From Parcubacteria group bacterium GW2011_GWC1_45_13 (lineage in GTDB: Bacteria > Patescibacteriota > Minisyncoccia > UBA11713 > 2-01-FULL-45-33), in assembly GCA_001001285.1 (NCBI GenBank), contig LCKG01000001.1, positions 1 to 37,222 of the forward strand: a stretch of DNA of 37,222 bases. The letters are read 5' to 3'. A model generated the notes under the pieces. That model saw nothing but the letters and a program-made list of their open reading frames with translations, had not been told where the DNA came from and did no database searches. This document shows, in pieces, positions 8,846-17,014 of the stretch. The translations under genes and the position numbers were made by a program. How positions within the stretch are numbered: the stretch's first letter is position 1; each line of letters opens with the position of its first letter.

Positions 8846-10772
8846 ATTTTTGTATAACTTCCGCTAATGTTTTGGAAATATATTCTATGTCCGCTTTTTT
8901 AAGACCTATATAAAACGGCAGGGCCACTGCACTATTACTAACCGCTTCGCATACCGGAAAGTCACCCGGTTTGAACCCGAAAGATTTTTTATAAAAACTC
9001 AAAAGATGAATTGAAGGCAAATATGGTTTCGTGCTTATGCCAATTTCATTAAGATACTCAATAACTTTATCCCGATTCACTTTTTTACCCGCCTTGCCGT
9101 CAGGAATGTTTTTTATGCGAACAACGTAAACAAACCAGGTGTGAGTATTATACTTGTGCACTTGCGGAACTTGAACTAAATCGCTATACGGCGCTAAAAA
9201 TTTATTATACCAACCTGCTATTTTTCTTTCTTTGAGCAGCCAGTCCAACTTTTCCAATTGCGCTAAGCCAACCGCGGCGCTCATTTCGTCCATCCTGTAA
9301 TTATAGCCGAGATATTTATGGTCGAGCCACTGCATATTTTCGGACCGTCCCTGATTGCGCAAACTAGCGCATAGCCTATAAATATTTTTGCTGTTTGTCA
9401 CAATTACCCCGCCCTCACCGGTAGTCATCTGCTTATTGGGATAAAAAGCAAAAACAGCCGATTCGCCGAAAGTACCCGCTTTTCGGCCCTTGTAAGTTGC
9501 TCCGAGACTTTCGCAAGCGTCTTCTATAACTTTCAAATTATATTTTTGAGCAATTTGTAAAATAGGATGCATATCAGCCGGCTGGCCGAAAATATGCACT
9601 ATTAAAATTGCTTTAGTTTTTTTTGTAATAGCGCTTTCAATTTTATTTGGATCAATGTTGTAAGTTATAGGATCAATATCCACAAAAACCGGCTTCGCGG
9701 CGACATACAAAATTACATTGGCGGAAGCCACAAAAGAAAATGGGGTAGTAATAACTTCATCCCCCGAGCCAATTTTGGCCGCCAAGAGCGCCAAATGTAA
9801 GCCAGCGGTTCCGCTGGAAACCCCGCAAGCATACTTAGTACCTGCAAACTCAGCGAATTTTTTTTCAAACGCTTTCAATTTGTGGCCCATGCTTAAAATC
9901 CCAGAATTCAAAACTTCCATAACATATTTTTTTTCTCTGGCTGCAATATACGGATGGGCGCTGGCGTAATGTTTGTAGTATCTTAAATAATTTTTATAAG
10001 CTATCTGTAAGCCATCGTGCAAACTATAATTAAATTTATAATTTGTGAGTTTAAGCATTTTTTTATTGTCTCCTATGCTGAACTTTTTTTCAGGCGTGGG
10101 GCTGCCAACTTTAAAATATACCTCTTTGCCGGTAATATTTTCTACCATTCCAATCAAATCCCGCACAGTGTATCCCTTGCCGGTAGAAACATTAACCACT
10201 TCGCGCTGGTTTTTTTGTTTTAAAAAAATAAAAAATTCTATTAGTCCGGCCGCATCTTCAACAAATACATAGTCCCTAACTATTTTATTACCATCTCCAC
10301 GGATAATAAAATCGTGTCCGTGTATAAGCGATAAAAAAATATTGTTAAGAATGCCGAGATTTTTTATATCTCCATAAACATTGGCCATTCTTATAACCGT
10401 TAATGAGCATCCAATTGTTTTCGCGAAACGAGAGATTTTTAATTCTTCCTTATATTTGCTCCGTTCATATTCAGTGGCCGGCATAGGTACAACTTTTTCA
10501 TTCTGCGGGCGAGGGGAATCCGGATAAATAAGCAGAGAGGAAAGATAAATAATTTTCTTTAATTTTTTAGACGCTGTGATTTTCGGGATTAAAACGTCTC
10601 TAACCGCCGTCCCCGGCTGAGTCAACACCACAATTACTTCGGCGTCTAAATAATTGCCTTCATTGATATTTGAGCTCCCCACCGACGTAATCTTACAATC
10701 TTTCCTCGCAGAAAGTTTTTTAGCAAGATGTTCTCCTATAAAACCGGTCCCGCCGAATAATAATATATTCAT
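8829..10772 (-). CDS. Fusion of an NAD-dependent epimerase/dehydratase (N-terminal) and a DegT/DnrJ/EryC1/StrS aminotransferase (C-terminal)
   Basis: 647 aa single ORF. N-half: GGTGFIG, YERSK, NVYG, RDYVFVED. C-half: SSGTAGLHLA, IEDACESLG, FAFYPNKQMTTGEGG (PLP lysine), GYNYRMDE. Confidence 0.85.
   Translation of the reverse strand: MNILLFGGTGFIGEHLAKKLSARKDCKITSVGSSNINEGNYLDAEVIVVLTQPGTAVRDVLIPKITASKKLKKIIYLSSLLIYPDSPRPQNEKVVPMPATEYERSKYKEELKISRFAKTIGCSLTVIRMANVYGDIKNLGILNNIFLSLIHGHDFIIRGDGNKIVRDYVFVEDAAGLIEFFIFLKQKNQREVVNVSTGKGYTVRDLIGMVENITGKEVYFKVGSPTPEKKFSIGDNKKMLKLTNYKFNYSLHDGLQIAYKNYLRYYKHYASAHPYIAAREKKYVMEVLNSGILSMGHKLKAFEKKFAEFAGTKYACGVSSGTAGLHLALLAAKIGSGDEVITTPFSFVASANVILYVAAKPVFVDIDPITYNIDPNKIESAITKKTKAILIVHIFGQPADMHPILQIAQKYNLKVIEDACESLGATYKGRKAGTFGESAVFAFYPNKQMTTGEGGVIVTNSKNIYRLCASLRNQGRSENMQWLDHKYLGYNYRMDEMSAAVGLAQLEKLDWLLKERKIAGWYNKFLAPYSDLVQVPQVHKYNTHTWFVYVVRIKNIPDGKAGKKVNRDKVIEYLNEIGISTKPYLPSIHLLSFYKKSFGFKPGDFPVCEAVSNSAVALPFYIGLKKADIEYISKTLAEVIQKYAKRV
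9088..9108. repeat. 21-nt in-frame palindromic element (degenerate copy)
   Basis: cccgccttgccgtcaggaatg matches the inner 21-mer at 2398-2418 (opposite strand) at 16 of the first 17 positions. It adds 7 codons to the DegT domain (KN-IPDGKAG-KKV). Confidence 0.7.
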
Positions 10773-10784
10773 ATAAACAAAAAT

Positions 10785-12512
10785 TTATTTGGCCACTAGA
10801 TAATTGCTTAGCACCAGAGCATCTAAGCCGCAAGAATAAAAAGTACGAATAGCGTCGGTTGGACTGCAAACTATTGCTTCCCCCTTTAAGTTAAAAGAGG
10901 TGTTCAGCACTATTGGCACTTTTGCTATTTGCTCAAATTCGCTAATAAGTTTGTAAAAACGCGAGTTTGTTTGTTTGCTCACCGTCTGCAGTCTGCCAGA
11001 ACCATCTATGTGTGTTACCGCCGGAATAATTTGCCTTTTTTGCGACCTGATCAGAAAAACCTTTTCCATAAACGGCACCCGCGCACTTTTATCGCACTCA
11101 AAGTATTCCGCTACGCGCTCCTCCAAAATTGACGGGGCAAATGGACGGAATGTCTCACGGTATTTCACCGCTTTATTAACTTTGTCCTTCATTAGAGGAT
11201 CCCGTGGGTCCGCGAGAATAGAGCGGTTCCCCAAAGCGCGCTGGCCAAACTCCATGCGCCCCTGAAACCAGCCGACGATTTTTCCGGCAGCTATCAGGCG
11301 CGCAGTATATTTTTCTATATCGCCGATGTATTTATAATTCACCTTGTATTTATCTAAAGCTTCTTTAATTTCCCCATTGCTAAATTGCGGGCCGTAATAA
11401 TTGTGCGCTTGCTCTTCGCGCTTTTTTTGGCCGCCGATGTGATGATACGCATAAAGCGCCGCGCCCAAAGACGTGCCACTGTCATCGGGACAGGAAGATA
11501 CAAAAACATTTTTAAATTTTGTCACATTGGCGATTTTCCCATTAAATACGGAGTTCATAAAAAAACCTCCGTTGACGACAAGGTTTTCCATGCTTGTTTT
11601 TTTATGGAGCCAATTTAACATGTGAATAACGGTTTCCTCCGATACTCTTTGCAGCGCGTTTGCAATCTCGTAATGCCTTTCCGTAATCGCGGAATCCGCA
11701 ATGCGCGGAGGACCGAATAATTTTACCATTTTTGGCGCATACAAGGCTTGCCGATCGTTTAAATAATAATGGAAATAGCTTAAATCAAGTTCAAACGTGC
11801 CGTCGCGATTTAATGAAACGAGATTTTTCATTTTTTCGTAATATTTATTTTGCGGAAAGTCGCGGGCGGCAAGAGCCATTACTTTCCATTCATCTGAATG
11901 CGGAGCAAATCCCAAAAAATCAGTAAAGGCGCCGTAAAACAAGCCCAAAGAATGGGGTAGTTTTACAAGTTTTAATTCCTCTATTTTATTTCCCTTGCCG
12001 ACAAAAAATCCGGCAGTATCCTCTTCACCTCTGCCGTCAATTGTCAGTATCGCGCTCTCTTTAAACGGAGAAAGAAAAAACGCGTTGGCTGCATGAGAAT
12101 TGTGATGGGTCACGTAAACAATTTTAATATCGTTTTTAAGCTGTTTTAGGGACTGCTCAACATAATCAACCTTGGTTGTTTTGGCAAGTGATAAAAGAGC
12201 GTGAGGAACGGTGTGAAAATGCTCCCCGCGCCAGCGAAGCACCTGCCCGAATCGCATGCTTGACGGTTTAATATGAAGTCCCGGATTCCATCCTAAAGCA
12301 ACGATATCAATGTCTTCCAGACTGCATCTCGCCTCTTTTAAGCAATACTTAACAGCTTGCATAGGAAACCCTCTATAAAGTTTCTGCCTGTTAAATCTTT
12401 CCTCCGGCGCTCCGGCAATCACTTTACCGTCTTCCAATAAAACCGCGGATGTTATAAAAACATCCGAGCAGATTCCCAGTATTCTGGTTTTTTTTGACTT
12501 GGTTTTTGGCAT
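10785..12512 (-). CDS. Carbamoyltransferase (NodU/CmcH family)
   Basis: 575 aa. PEERFNRQK, HHNSHAA, IDGRGE, EWKVMALA, GWFQGRMEFGQRALGNRSILADPR, RETFRPFAP and LNTSFN motifs. Confidence 0.92.
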   Translation of the reverse strand: MPKTKSKKTRILGICSDVFITSAVLLEDGKVIAGAPEERFNRQKLYRGFPMQAVKYCLKEARCSLEDIDIVALGWNPGLHIKPSSMRFGQVLRWRGEHFHTVPHALLSLAKTTKVDYVEQSLKQLKNDIKIVYVTHHNSHAANAFFLSPFKESAILTIDGRGEEDTAGFFVGKGNKIEELKLVKLPHSLGLFYGAFTDFLGFAPHSDEWKVMALAARDFPQNKYYEKMKNLVSLNRDGTFELDLSYFHYYLNDRQALYAPKMVKLFGPPRIADSAITERHYEIANALQRVSEETVIHMLNWLHKKTSMENLVVNGGFFMNSVFNGKIANVTKFKNVFVSSCPDDSGTSLGAALYAYHHIGGQKKREEQAHNYYGPQFSNGEIKEALDKYKVNYKYIGDIEKYTARLIAAGKIVGWFQGRMEFGQRALGNRSILADPRDPLMKDKVNKAVKYRETFRPFAPSILEERVAEYFECDKSARVPFMEKVFLIRSQKRQIIPAVTHIDGSGRLQTVSKQTNSRFYKLISEFEQIAKVPIVLNTSFNLKGEAIVCSPTDAIRTFYSCGLDALVLSNYLVAK

Positions 12513-12516
12513 ATTG

Positions 12517-12924
12517 CTAGTTTTCCGGCAATTTTCTTAAAATTTTAACCGGCGTCCCCGCCGCGATAACATTCGGCGGCAAATCTTTGTTTACGAAACT
12601 GTGTGCTCCAACAATAGTATTTTCGCCAATTGTTACTCCGGGCATTATTGAGCTATGAGTTCCAACGCGGCAATTTTTTTTAAGAGTAATTTTCCCCTGC
12701 TTATTATCAATTGTTGAATAAGAATAAAGCGAGCAATGCGAACCAACTTGCACATCGTCTCCTATTTCCACGCCGTAGTGCGCCGCGATTAAAGTATACG
12801 CGCCGATATCGGTGTTTTTGCCAAGTTTCAATCCTTCGGGGCGCAAAACCAGCCAATTGTATTTGGTCGGCTTGCCATGCAGAATCTTAGGCGCTTTCCA
12901 GTTTTTGAACCTCTTTTTCGCCAC
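12517..12924 (-). CDS. Hexapeptide-repeat (LbH) acyltransferase
   Basis: 135 aa, GTG start. IMPGVTIGENTIVGAHSFVNKDLPPNVIAAGTP. Confidence 0.88.
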   Translation of the reverse strand: MAKKRFKNWKAPKILHGKPTKYNWLVLRPEGLKLGKNTDIGAYTLIAAHYGVEIGDDVQVGSHCSLYSYSTIDNKQGKITLKKNCRVGTHSSIMPGVTIGENTIVGAHSFVNKDLPPNVIAAGTPVKILRKLPEN

Positions 12925-12954
12925 ATAAATTAAACGTATTTAGCCTTATTTTAG

Positions 12955-14007
12955 TCACAAAATCATATCTCTGCCAAGCAGAGTATCTTGCGGTATGTCC
13001 CGCGCCGCGGTTTTGCCGAGAATATTTTTAAACTCCCTTGGATGCATGCCGGTGCCGGGGCGTTTGATGGTTAGATTTTCGCGTGTGAATTTTTCGCCGG
13101 CTTTAATATCACGCGTCGCAACAATACTCTTTCTTGCAACAGACAAATACTGAAGCTCGGGTTTTAACGGCTCCTTTTTTCCGGAACCCATAATGATTGG
13201 GGTTTGTTTGAGAGCTGCCACCATTTCTTTAAAATCTTTCGGCTCCATGGAAGCAACTTGGTCCGGCCCCGGCATATTTCTATCAAGCGTGAAGTGCTTT
13301 TCAATAATGCACGCGCCTAAAGCCGCCGCCATTATCGGCACTTGCGATCCCAAGGTGTGGTCGGAATAACCAATGAGCACGCCCAGCTCTTTCATGAAAG
13401 TTTGGATGGCGCGCAAATTTACATTTTCCGGCGCCAATGGATAATCCGTCGTGCAATGAAAAATAAGAATTTGGTCGTTGCCGGCGTTTTTTACCGTTTC
13501 CACCGCTTCTTTAATTTCATCCATAGTGGACATGCCGGTTGAAATCAGCATTGGCTTGTTTAATTTTGCGGCGTATTCCAAAAGTGGCAGATTGGTAATA
13601 TCGCCGGAGGCAATTTTAAAAGCGGGGAAATCGTAGGATTCCAGCAAATCAACCGACTCATTGCCACCGTGCGGCGTTGAAAGCAAAATAATCCCTTTTT
13701 CTTTCGCGCGGCTAATTAAAGTTGGGTACCACTCCTCTTTCAGTTCCAAGTTTTTTAACATATCAAATTGCGATTCTTCTTTGCCGGTGTTCCGTTTTTG
13801 ATAATCGGCCATCTTGCCGGCCTTGGTCACCAACTGCTCTGTCTTCCAAGTCTGAAATTTAATCGCATCCGCTCCGGTTTCCGCCGCCGCGTCAATCAAT
13901 TTCAAAGCCAAATCTAAATTGCTATTATGGTTAACCCCGCCCTCCGCGATAATAAAAGGCGGCAGACCGTAATTAACTTTGTATCCGCTGATAATTAAAT
14001 CTTTCAT
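12955..14007 (-). CDS. neuB: N-acylneuraminate/nonulosonate synthase with C-terminal SAF domain
   Basis: IIAEGGVNHN, ADAIKFQT, FKIASG, ISTGMS, HCTTDYP, GYSDHT, IEKHFTLD and KRPGTG motifs. Start moved to the ATG at 14007 (MKDLII, 350 aa), because the TTG at 14049 coincides with a -35 box. Confidence 0.93.
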   Translation of the reverse strand: MKDLIISGYKVNYGLPPFIIAEGGVNHNSNLDLALKLIDAAAETGADAIKFQTWKTEQLVTKAGKMADYQKRNTGKEESQFDMLKNLELKEEWYPTLISRAKEKGIILLSTPHGGNESVDLLESYDFPAFKIASGDITNLPLLEYAAKLNKPMLISTGMSTMDEIKEAVETVKNAGNDQILIFHCTTDYPLAPENVNLRAIQTFMKELGVLIGYSDHTLGSQVPIMAAALGACIIEKHFTLDRNMPGPDQVASMEPKDFKEMVAALKQTPIIMGSGKKEPLKPELQYLSVARKSIVATRDIKAGEKFTRENLTIKRPGTGMHPREFKNILGKTAARDIPQDTLLGRDMIL

Positions 14008-14020
14008 TGTAATAATCTTT

Positions 14021-14049
14021 AAACTAACAAAATATAAAATCAGTTGCAA
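14021..14049 (-). promoter_or_regulatory. Putative sigma70 promoter for neuB
   Basis: TTGCAA (14049-14044), 17-nt spacer ending TGt, then TAGTTT (14026-14021). Confidence 0.45.
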
Positions 14050-14050
14050 T

Positions 14051-14076
14051 AAAAAAGAGAGCTATTTCTAACTCTC
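14051..14076 (-). terminator. Intrinsic terminator after the small DMT gene
   Basis: Minus strand GAGAGTTA-GAAA-TAGCTCTC followed by TTTTTT: an 8-bp stem with one G-U pair and a GAAA tetraloop. Confidence 0.75.
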
Positions 14077-14103
14077 CGCCCCCTTTCCTTTTGCAATATA
14101 GTT

Positions 14104-14565
14104 TTACCGCCTTATTGAGATTAGCGTCGCGCCAATTATCGTGAGAAAGATCCCCAAGAACGCCCAGGGATCAGTTTTTACGTGGTCGAAATAATCGGGC
14201 ATCCACTTGGCAAGCAAAGCCGCAACGATAAAAACTCCCACGCTTGCGACATTTGCAATAGCCACCGGCAAACCGGGATTTGGCGCGCTGTCCACCGCCC
14301 TGAATATTTGGATGTTCGCGACGCCGCCGAGGATAAGGCCCAACAATAGAATAGTGCACGCTACCCGCCAAGAAGGCAAAAGCGAGCCGAGCGACGGCGC
14401 TCCGAAAAGTCCGGACGCGATAGCAATCCCAAGCGCGAACCAGGTTAAAAACACTTCCGGCCTTACTTGAAAATTGCGGTTGAAAAATCCTATTGACAGC
14501 CACGCCGGCACGAGAAAAATCATGGCAATCACAGACTGCCAAAACCAGTTTAAGTTTCCTTTCAT
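14104..14565 (-). CDS. Small DMT/EamA-like membrane protein (single repeat)
   Basis: About 5 hydrophobic helices. FRAVDSAPNPGLPVAI and C-terminal LGIFLTIIGATLI are DMT-like. AAGGAG lies 6 nt before the ATG at 14565 (MKGNLNW, 153 aa). Confidence 0.7.
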   Translation of the reverse strand: MKGNLNWFWQSVIAMIFLVPAWLSIGFFNRNFQVRPEVFLTWFALGIAIASGLFGAPSLGSLLPSWRVACTILLLGLILGGVANIQIFRAVDSAPNPGLPVAIANVASVGVFIVAALLAKWMPDYFDHVKTDPWAFLGIFLTIIGATLISIRR

Positions 14566-14605
14566 ACTGAACTCCTTTCTCAATGAACAATTTTACTACA
14601 AAAAA

Positions 14606-14634
14606 AATGTAGCACGGCTACAATTTTTTGTCAA
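14606..14634 (-). promoter_or_regulatory. Sigma70 promoter for the small DMT gene, overlapping an inverted repeat
   Basis: Perfect TTGACA (14634-14629), 17-nt spacer ending TGc, then TACATT (14611-14606). The hairpin TGTAGC-CGT-GCTACA plus T8 overlaps it. Confidence 0.7.
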
Positions 14635-14650
14635 ATTCGTATGCAAATGG

Positions 14651-15793
14651 TTAATAAGTTATCTGTTTGGTGAGCAGTTTGGAATTTATTTCCAAATCCT
14701 CCAGAATCTTGGCGACTCGCGGGCCGGTTTTGCCGTCGCCCCATGGGTTTTTTATTGTTTTAAGCCCCGCCAAATATTTTTCATCATGCAAAGATTTCTT
14801 TATTGCTTTTTTAATTTCATTTCTATTATAGCCGACATTTATAACATTATCTCCGTGCTGGCGGCCAAGCTGGCGCGTGCCCACATTCACGCACGGCGTT
14901 TTAAAAGATGACGACTCAATCATTATAGCGCTGGAATTTCCAACCCAAACTGAAGCTTCCCGCTCCAACCCTAAAAAATCCTTGTGTTCCATGTGCGGAA
15001 AAATATGTAAAAGTTTATTTGATTTTTCCTTTTCAATAACCTCTATAATTTTTCTGCCGCCCGGGTCAGTATTGGGATAGATTACAACCGCTGGCAAACC
15101 GAAAGATTTTACCGCGGACAAAGTCTCCTCCATTTGTCTGCCGGCTTCTTTAAATTCTTCGCTTACGGCGTGCTGGGTTACCAGAATTATTTTTTCGCTC
15201 GGATTAAGATTTAATTTTTTAAAAAGTTCCGCGCGTGATGGCAATTTCTCGTTTAAAATCACATCCAGCACCGGCGCGCCAACAATATGAATCCTCCATT
15301 CATCTTCGCCCATTTTTTTGATGCGCTCCGCTGATTCCTTGGTGGCAGGCAGATGCAGATGGGAAAGTTTAGTAATAGCGTGCCGTGCCGGCTCGTCAAC
15401 GGTAAAAGTTTTATCGCCCCCATGGAGTTGAGCAAGGGGTATGCCAAGATAAAGACATGTCTTGGCCGTAGAAAACATTTCCACTCTGTCGCCTAAAATT
15501 AAAACCATGTCCGGCTTATCTTTATTTAAAACATCCGCCAATTTCTGCGAAAATACGCCGGCGAACTTCGCCATGCCCAAACGGTCGTCCGTTTTAAAAA
15601 TCGCGTCTATGCTTTTGGCGCTTGGAAAATATTTTCTAACTTCGTTGATTGTTTCGCCAAATTGGGGCATCAAATGCATGCCGGTAGCGTAAACTTTGAG
15701 AGACAATTTACCGCTTCTATCTACGGCTTCAAGCACGGGCGTCATCAGCCCGAAATCCGCCCGATTGCCGGAAATATAAGCTATTTTCTTCAT
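14651..15793 (-). CDS. neuC: Hydrolysing UDP/GDP-N-acetylglucosamine 2-epimerase (NeuC/LegG family)
   Basis: SGNRADFGL, TGMHL, LGDRVE, HGGD, DEPARHAITKLSHLH, YPNTDPG, GNSS, NVGTRQ and NPWGDG motifs. ATG at 15793, with an in-frame GTG at 15796. Confidence 0.92.
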   Translation of the reverse strand: MKKIAYISGNRADFGLMTPVLEAVDRSGKLSLKVYATGMHLMPQFGETINEVRKYFPSAKSIDAIFKTDDRLGMAKFAGVFSQKLADVLNKDKPDMVLILGDRVEMFSTAKTCLYLGIPLAQLHGGDKTFTVDEPARHAITKLSHLHLPATKESAERIKKMGEDEWRIHIVGAPVLDVILNEKLPSRAELFKKLNLNPSEKIILVTQHAVSEEFKEAGRQMEETLSAVKSFGLPAVVIYPNTDPGGRKIIEVIEKEKSNKLLHIFPHMEHKDFLGLEREASVWVGNSSAIMIESSSFKTPCVNVGTRQLGRQHGDNVINVGYNRNEIKKAIKKSLHDEKYLAGLKTIKNPWGDGKTGPRVAKILEDLEINSKLLTKQITY

Positions 15794-15859
15794 CACTATA
15801 TTAAACCAGAAAATAAAGAGCGCAGTAACTGTTTATCACTGCATTAATTGGGCAAGTTA

Positions 15860-15888
15860 TTGACTTTTTTAATAGAATAATTTACAAT
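15860..15888 (+). promoter_or_regulatory. Sigma70 promoter for the EamA gene
   Basis: TTGACT (15860-15865), 17 nt, TACAAT (15883-15888). Shine-Dalgarno GGAGG at 15914-15918. Confidence 0.75.
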
Positions 15889-15924
15889 CAAATACAGAAA
15901 AATCTGCCTTGAGGGAGGATTGAA

Positions 15925-16875
15925 ATGCAAAATAACATGGAGGTGCTTTATTCCTACGTCGTGGGAGGCTCGATTGTTTGGGGCATTGTAAACGTCATTA
16001 AAAAGAAATTTTTAAATGAGGGCATACATGAAGACACAGTCGCTGTTTTATTCGCGTTAGGCTGCGGGATTTCAGCGCTTTTGCTGGAATTTGCGTTCAA
16101 TGGAATAAACACTTTAAAAACTAGTGTGTGGACCTCCGCGTTTTTACTGCCTTTTGCGGTTACAGCGGTTCTGAACATTTTTATTTTGTACGGAACCGTG
16201 CTCGCAATGAAATATGAAGATGTCTCAATTGTTGCCCCGCTGTCTTCAAGTATGCCTATGTTCGTGATAGTAATGTCTTACGCGCTTCTTGGAGAATGGC
16301 CGACATTCTGGGGGAGAATCGGGATTCTCTGCATAGCGTTAGGCGCATATCTCTTGTATCTAAAAGGCGCAAAATATCCCCTTCCGATGTGGTTGCAAAC
16401 AATCACTCCAGAAAAACGTCATGACGGAATTGCTTTTTTGCTAACCCCTTGTCTAAGACTGGCCTCAAGCAAAGGAGCTAGATATGCTTTGGGTGTAGCT
16501 TATCTTGGAGCGGTCGCGGTCAACTTTGATAAGCTCGCGGTCTTAGCAACAAACCCCATGATTTTTTCCAGTCTTGCCTTTCTTTTTGTAGCCTCCGTGA
16601 TATTTTTGAGTTCTAACGTTGCTGGCAATTGGAAAAACCCCAACATAGTTGTCTTCTGGAAAATCTTTGGTCTGGGACTTTTCATGGGCATCGGTTCGGT
16701 GATGATGAACGCTGGATATTTATATGGGATTGTGCCATATGTCGGGACATTAAAAAGAGCTCAAATTTTGTGGACAGTTGTGCTCGCTTGGTTTTTTTTA
16801 GGCGAAAAGCATGGCGCCCTACGCCTCGTCGGCGCGGCGATTATTTTCGCAGGAGCGACATTGATTCTTTTCTAA
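15925..16875 (+). CDS. DMT/EamA family transporter (two repeats)
   Basis: 316 aa, about 10 TM. Two repeats: AMKYEDVSIVAPL...LLGE...GILCIALGAYLL and LKRAQILWTVVLAWFFLGEK...GAAIIFAGATLI. Confidence 0.85.
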   Translation: MQNNMEVLYSYVVGGSIVWGIVNVIKKKFLNEGIHEDTVAVLFALGCGISALLLEFAFNGINTLKTSVWTSAFLLPFAVTAVLNIFILYGTVLAMKYEDVSIVAPLSSSMPMFVIVMSYALLGEWPTFWGRIGILCIALGAYLLYLKGAKYPLPMWLQTITPEKRHDGIAFLLTPCLRLASSKGARYALGVAYLGAVAVNFDKLAVLATNPMIFSSLAFLFVASVIFLSSNVAGNWKNPNIVVFWKIFGLGLFMGIGSVMMNAGYLYGIVPYVGTLKRAQILWTVVLAWFFLGEKHGALRLVGAAIIFAGATLILF

Positions 16876-16880
16876 CTCTT

Positions 16881-16909
16881 GACCCCTTAGCATCCGCCGG
16901 GGTCTTTTT
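16881..16909 (+). terminator. Intrinsic terminator after EamA
   Basis: GACCCC-N12-GGGGTC followed by TTTTT, 5 nt after the stop codon. Confidence 0.7.
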
Positions 16910-17014
16910 ATTTTTCCGGAATTTTTATGATGAGCATGCGCGCGGTTTTTGAGGCAGTGTGCGCGTGCGGCTGGCCTGCCGGGACATAAAGAATATCTCC
17001 GAGCATTCTTTCAT
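16908..17014 (-). pseudogene. Remnant of a cupin-fold gene (C-terminal motif only)
   Basis: 17006-16908 translates MLGDILYVPAGQPHAHTASKTARMLIIKIPEK*, which matches cupin motif 2 (G-x5-P-x-G-x2-H). An out-of-frame ATG at 17014 overlaps the upstream stop (ATGA) and follows GGGGGAG. Confidence 0.65.
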
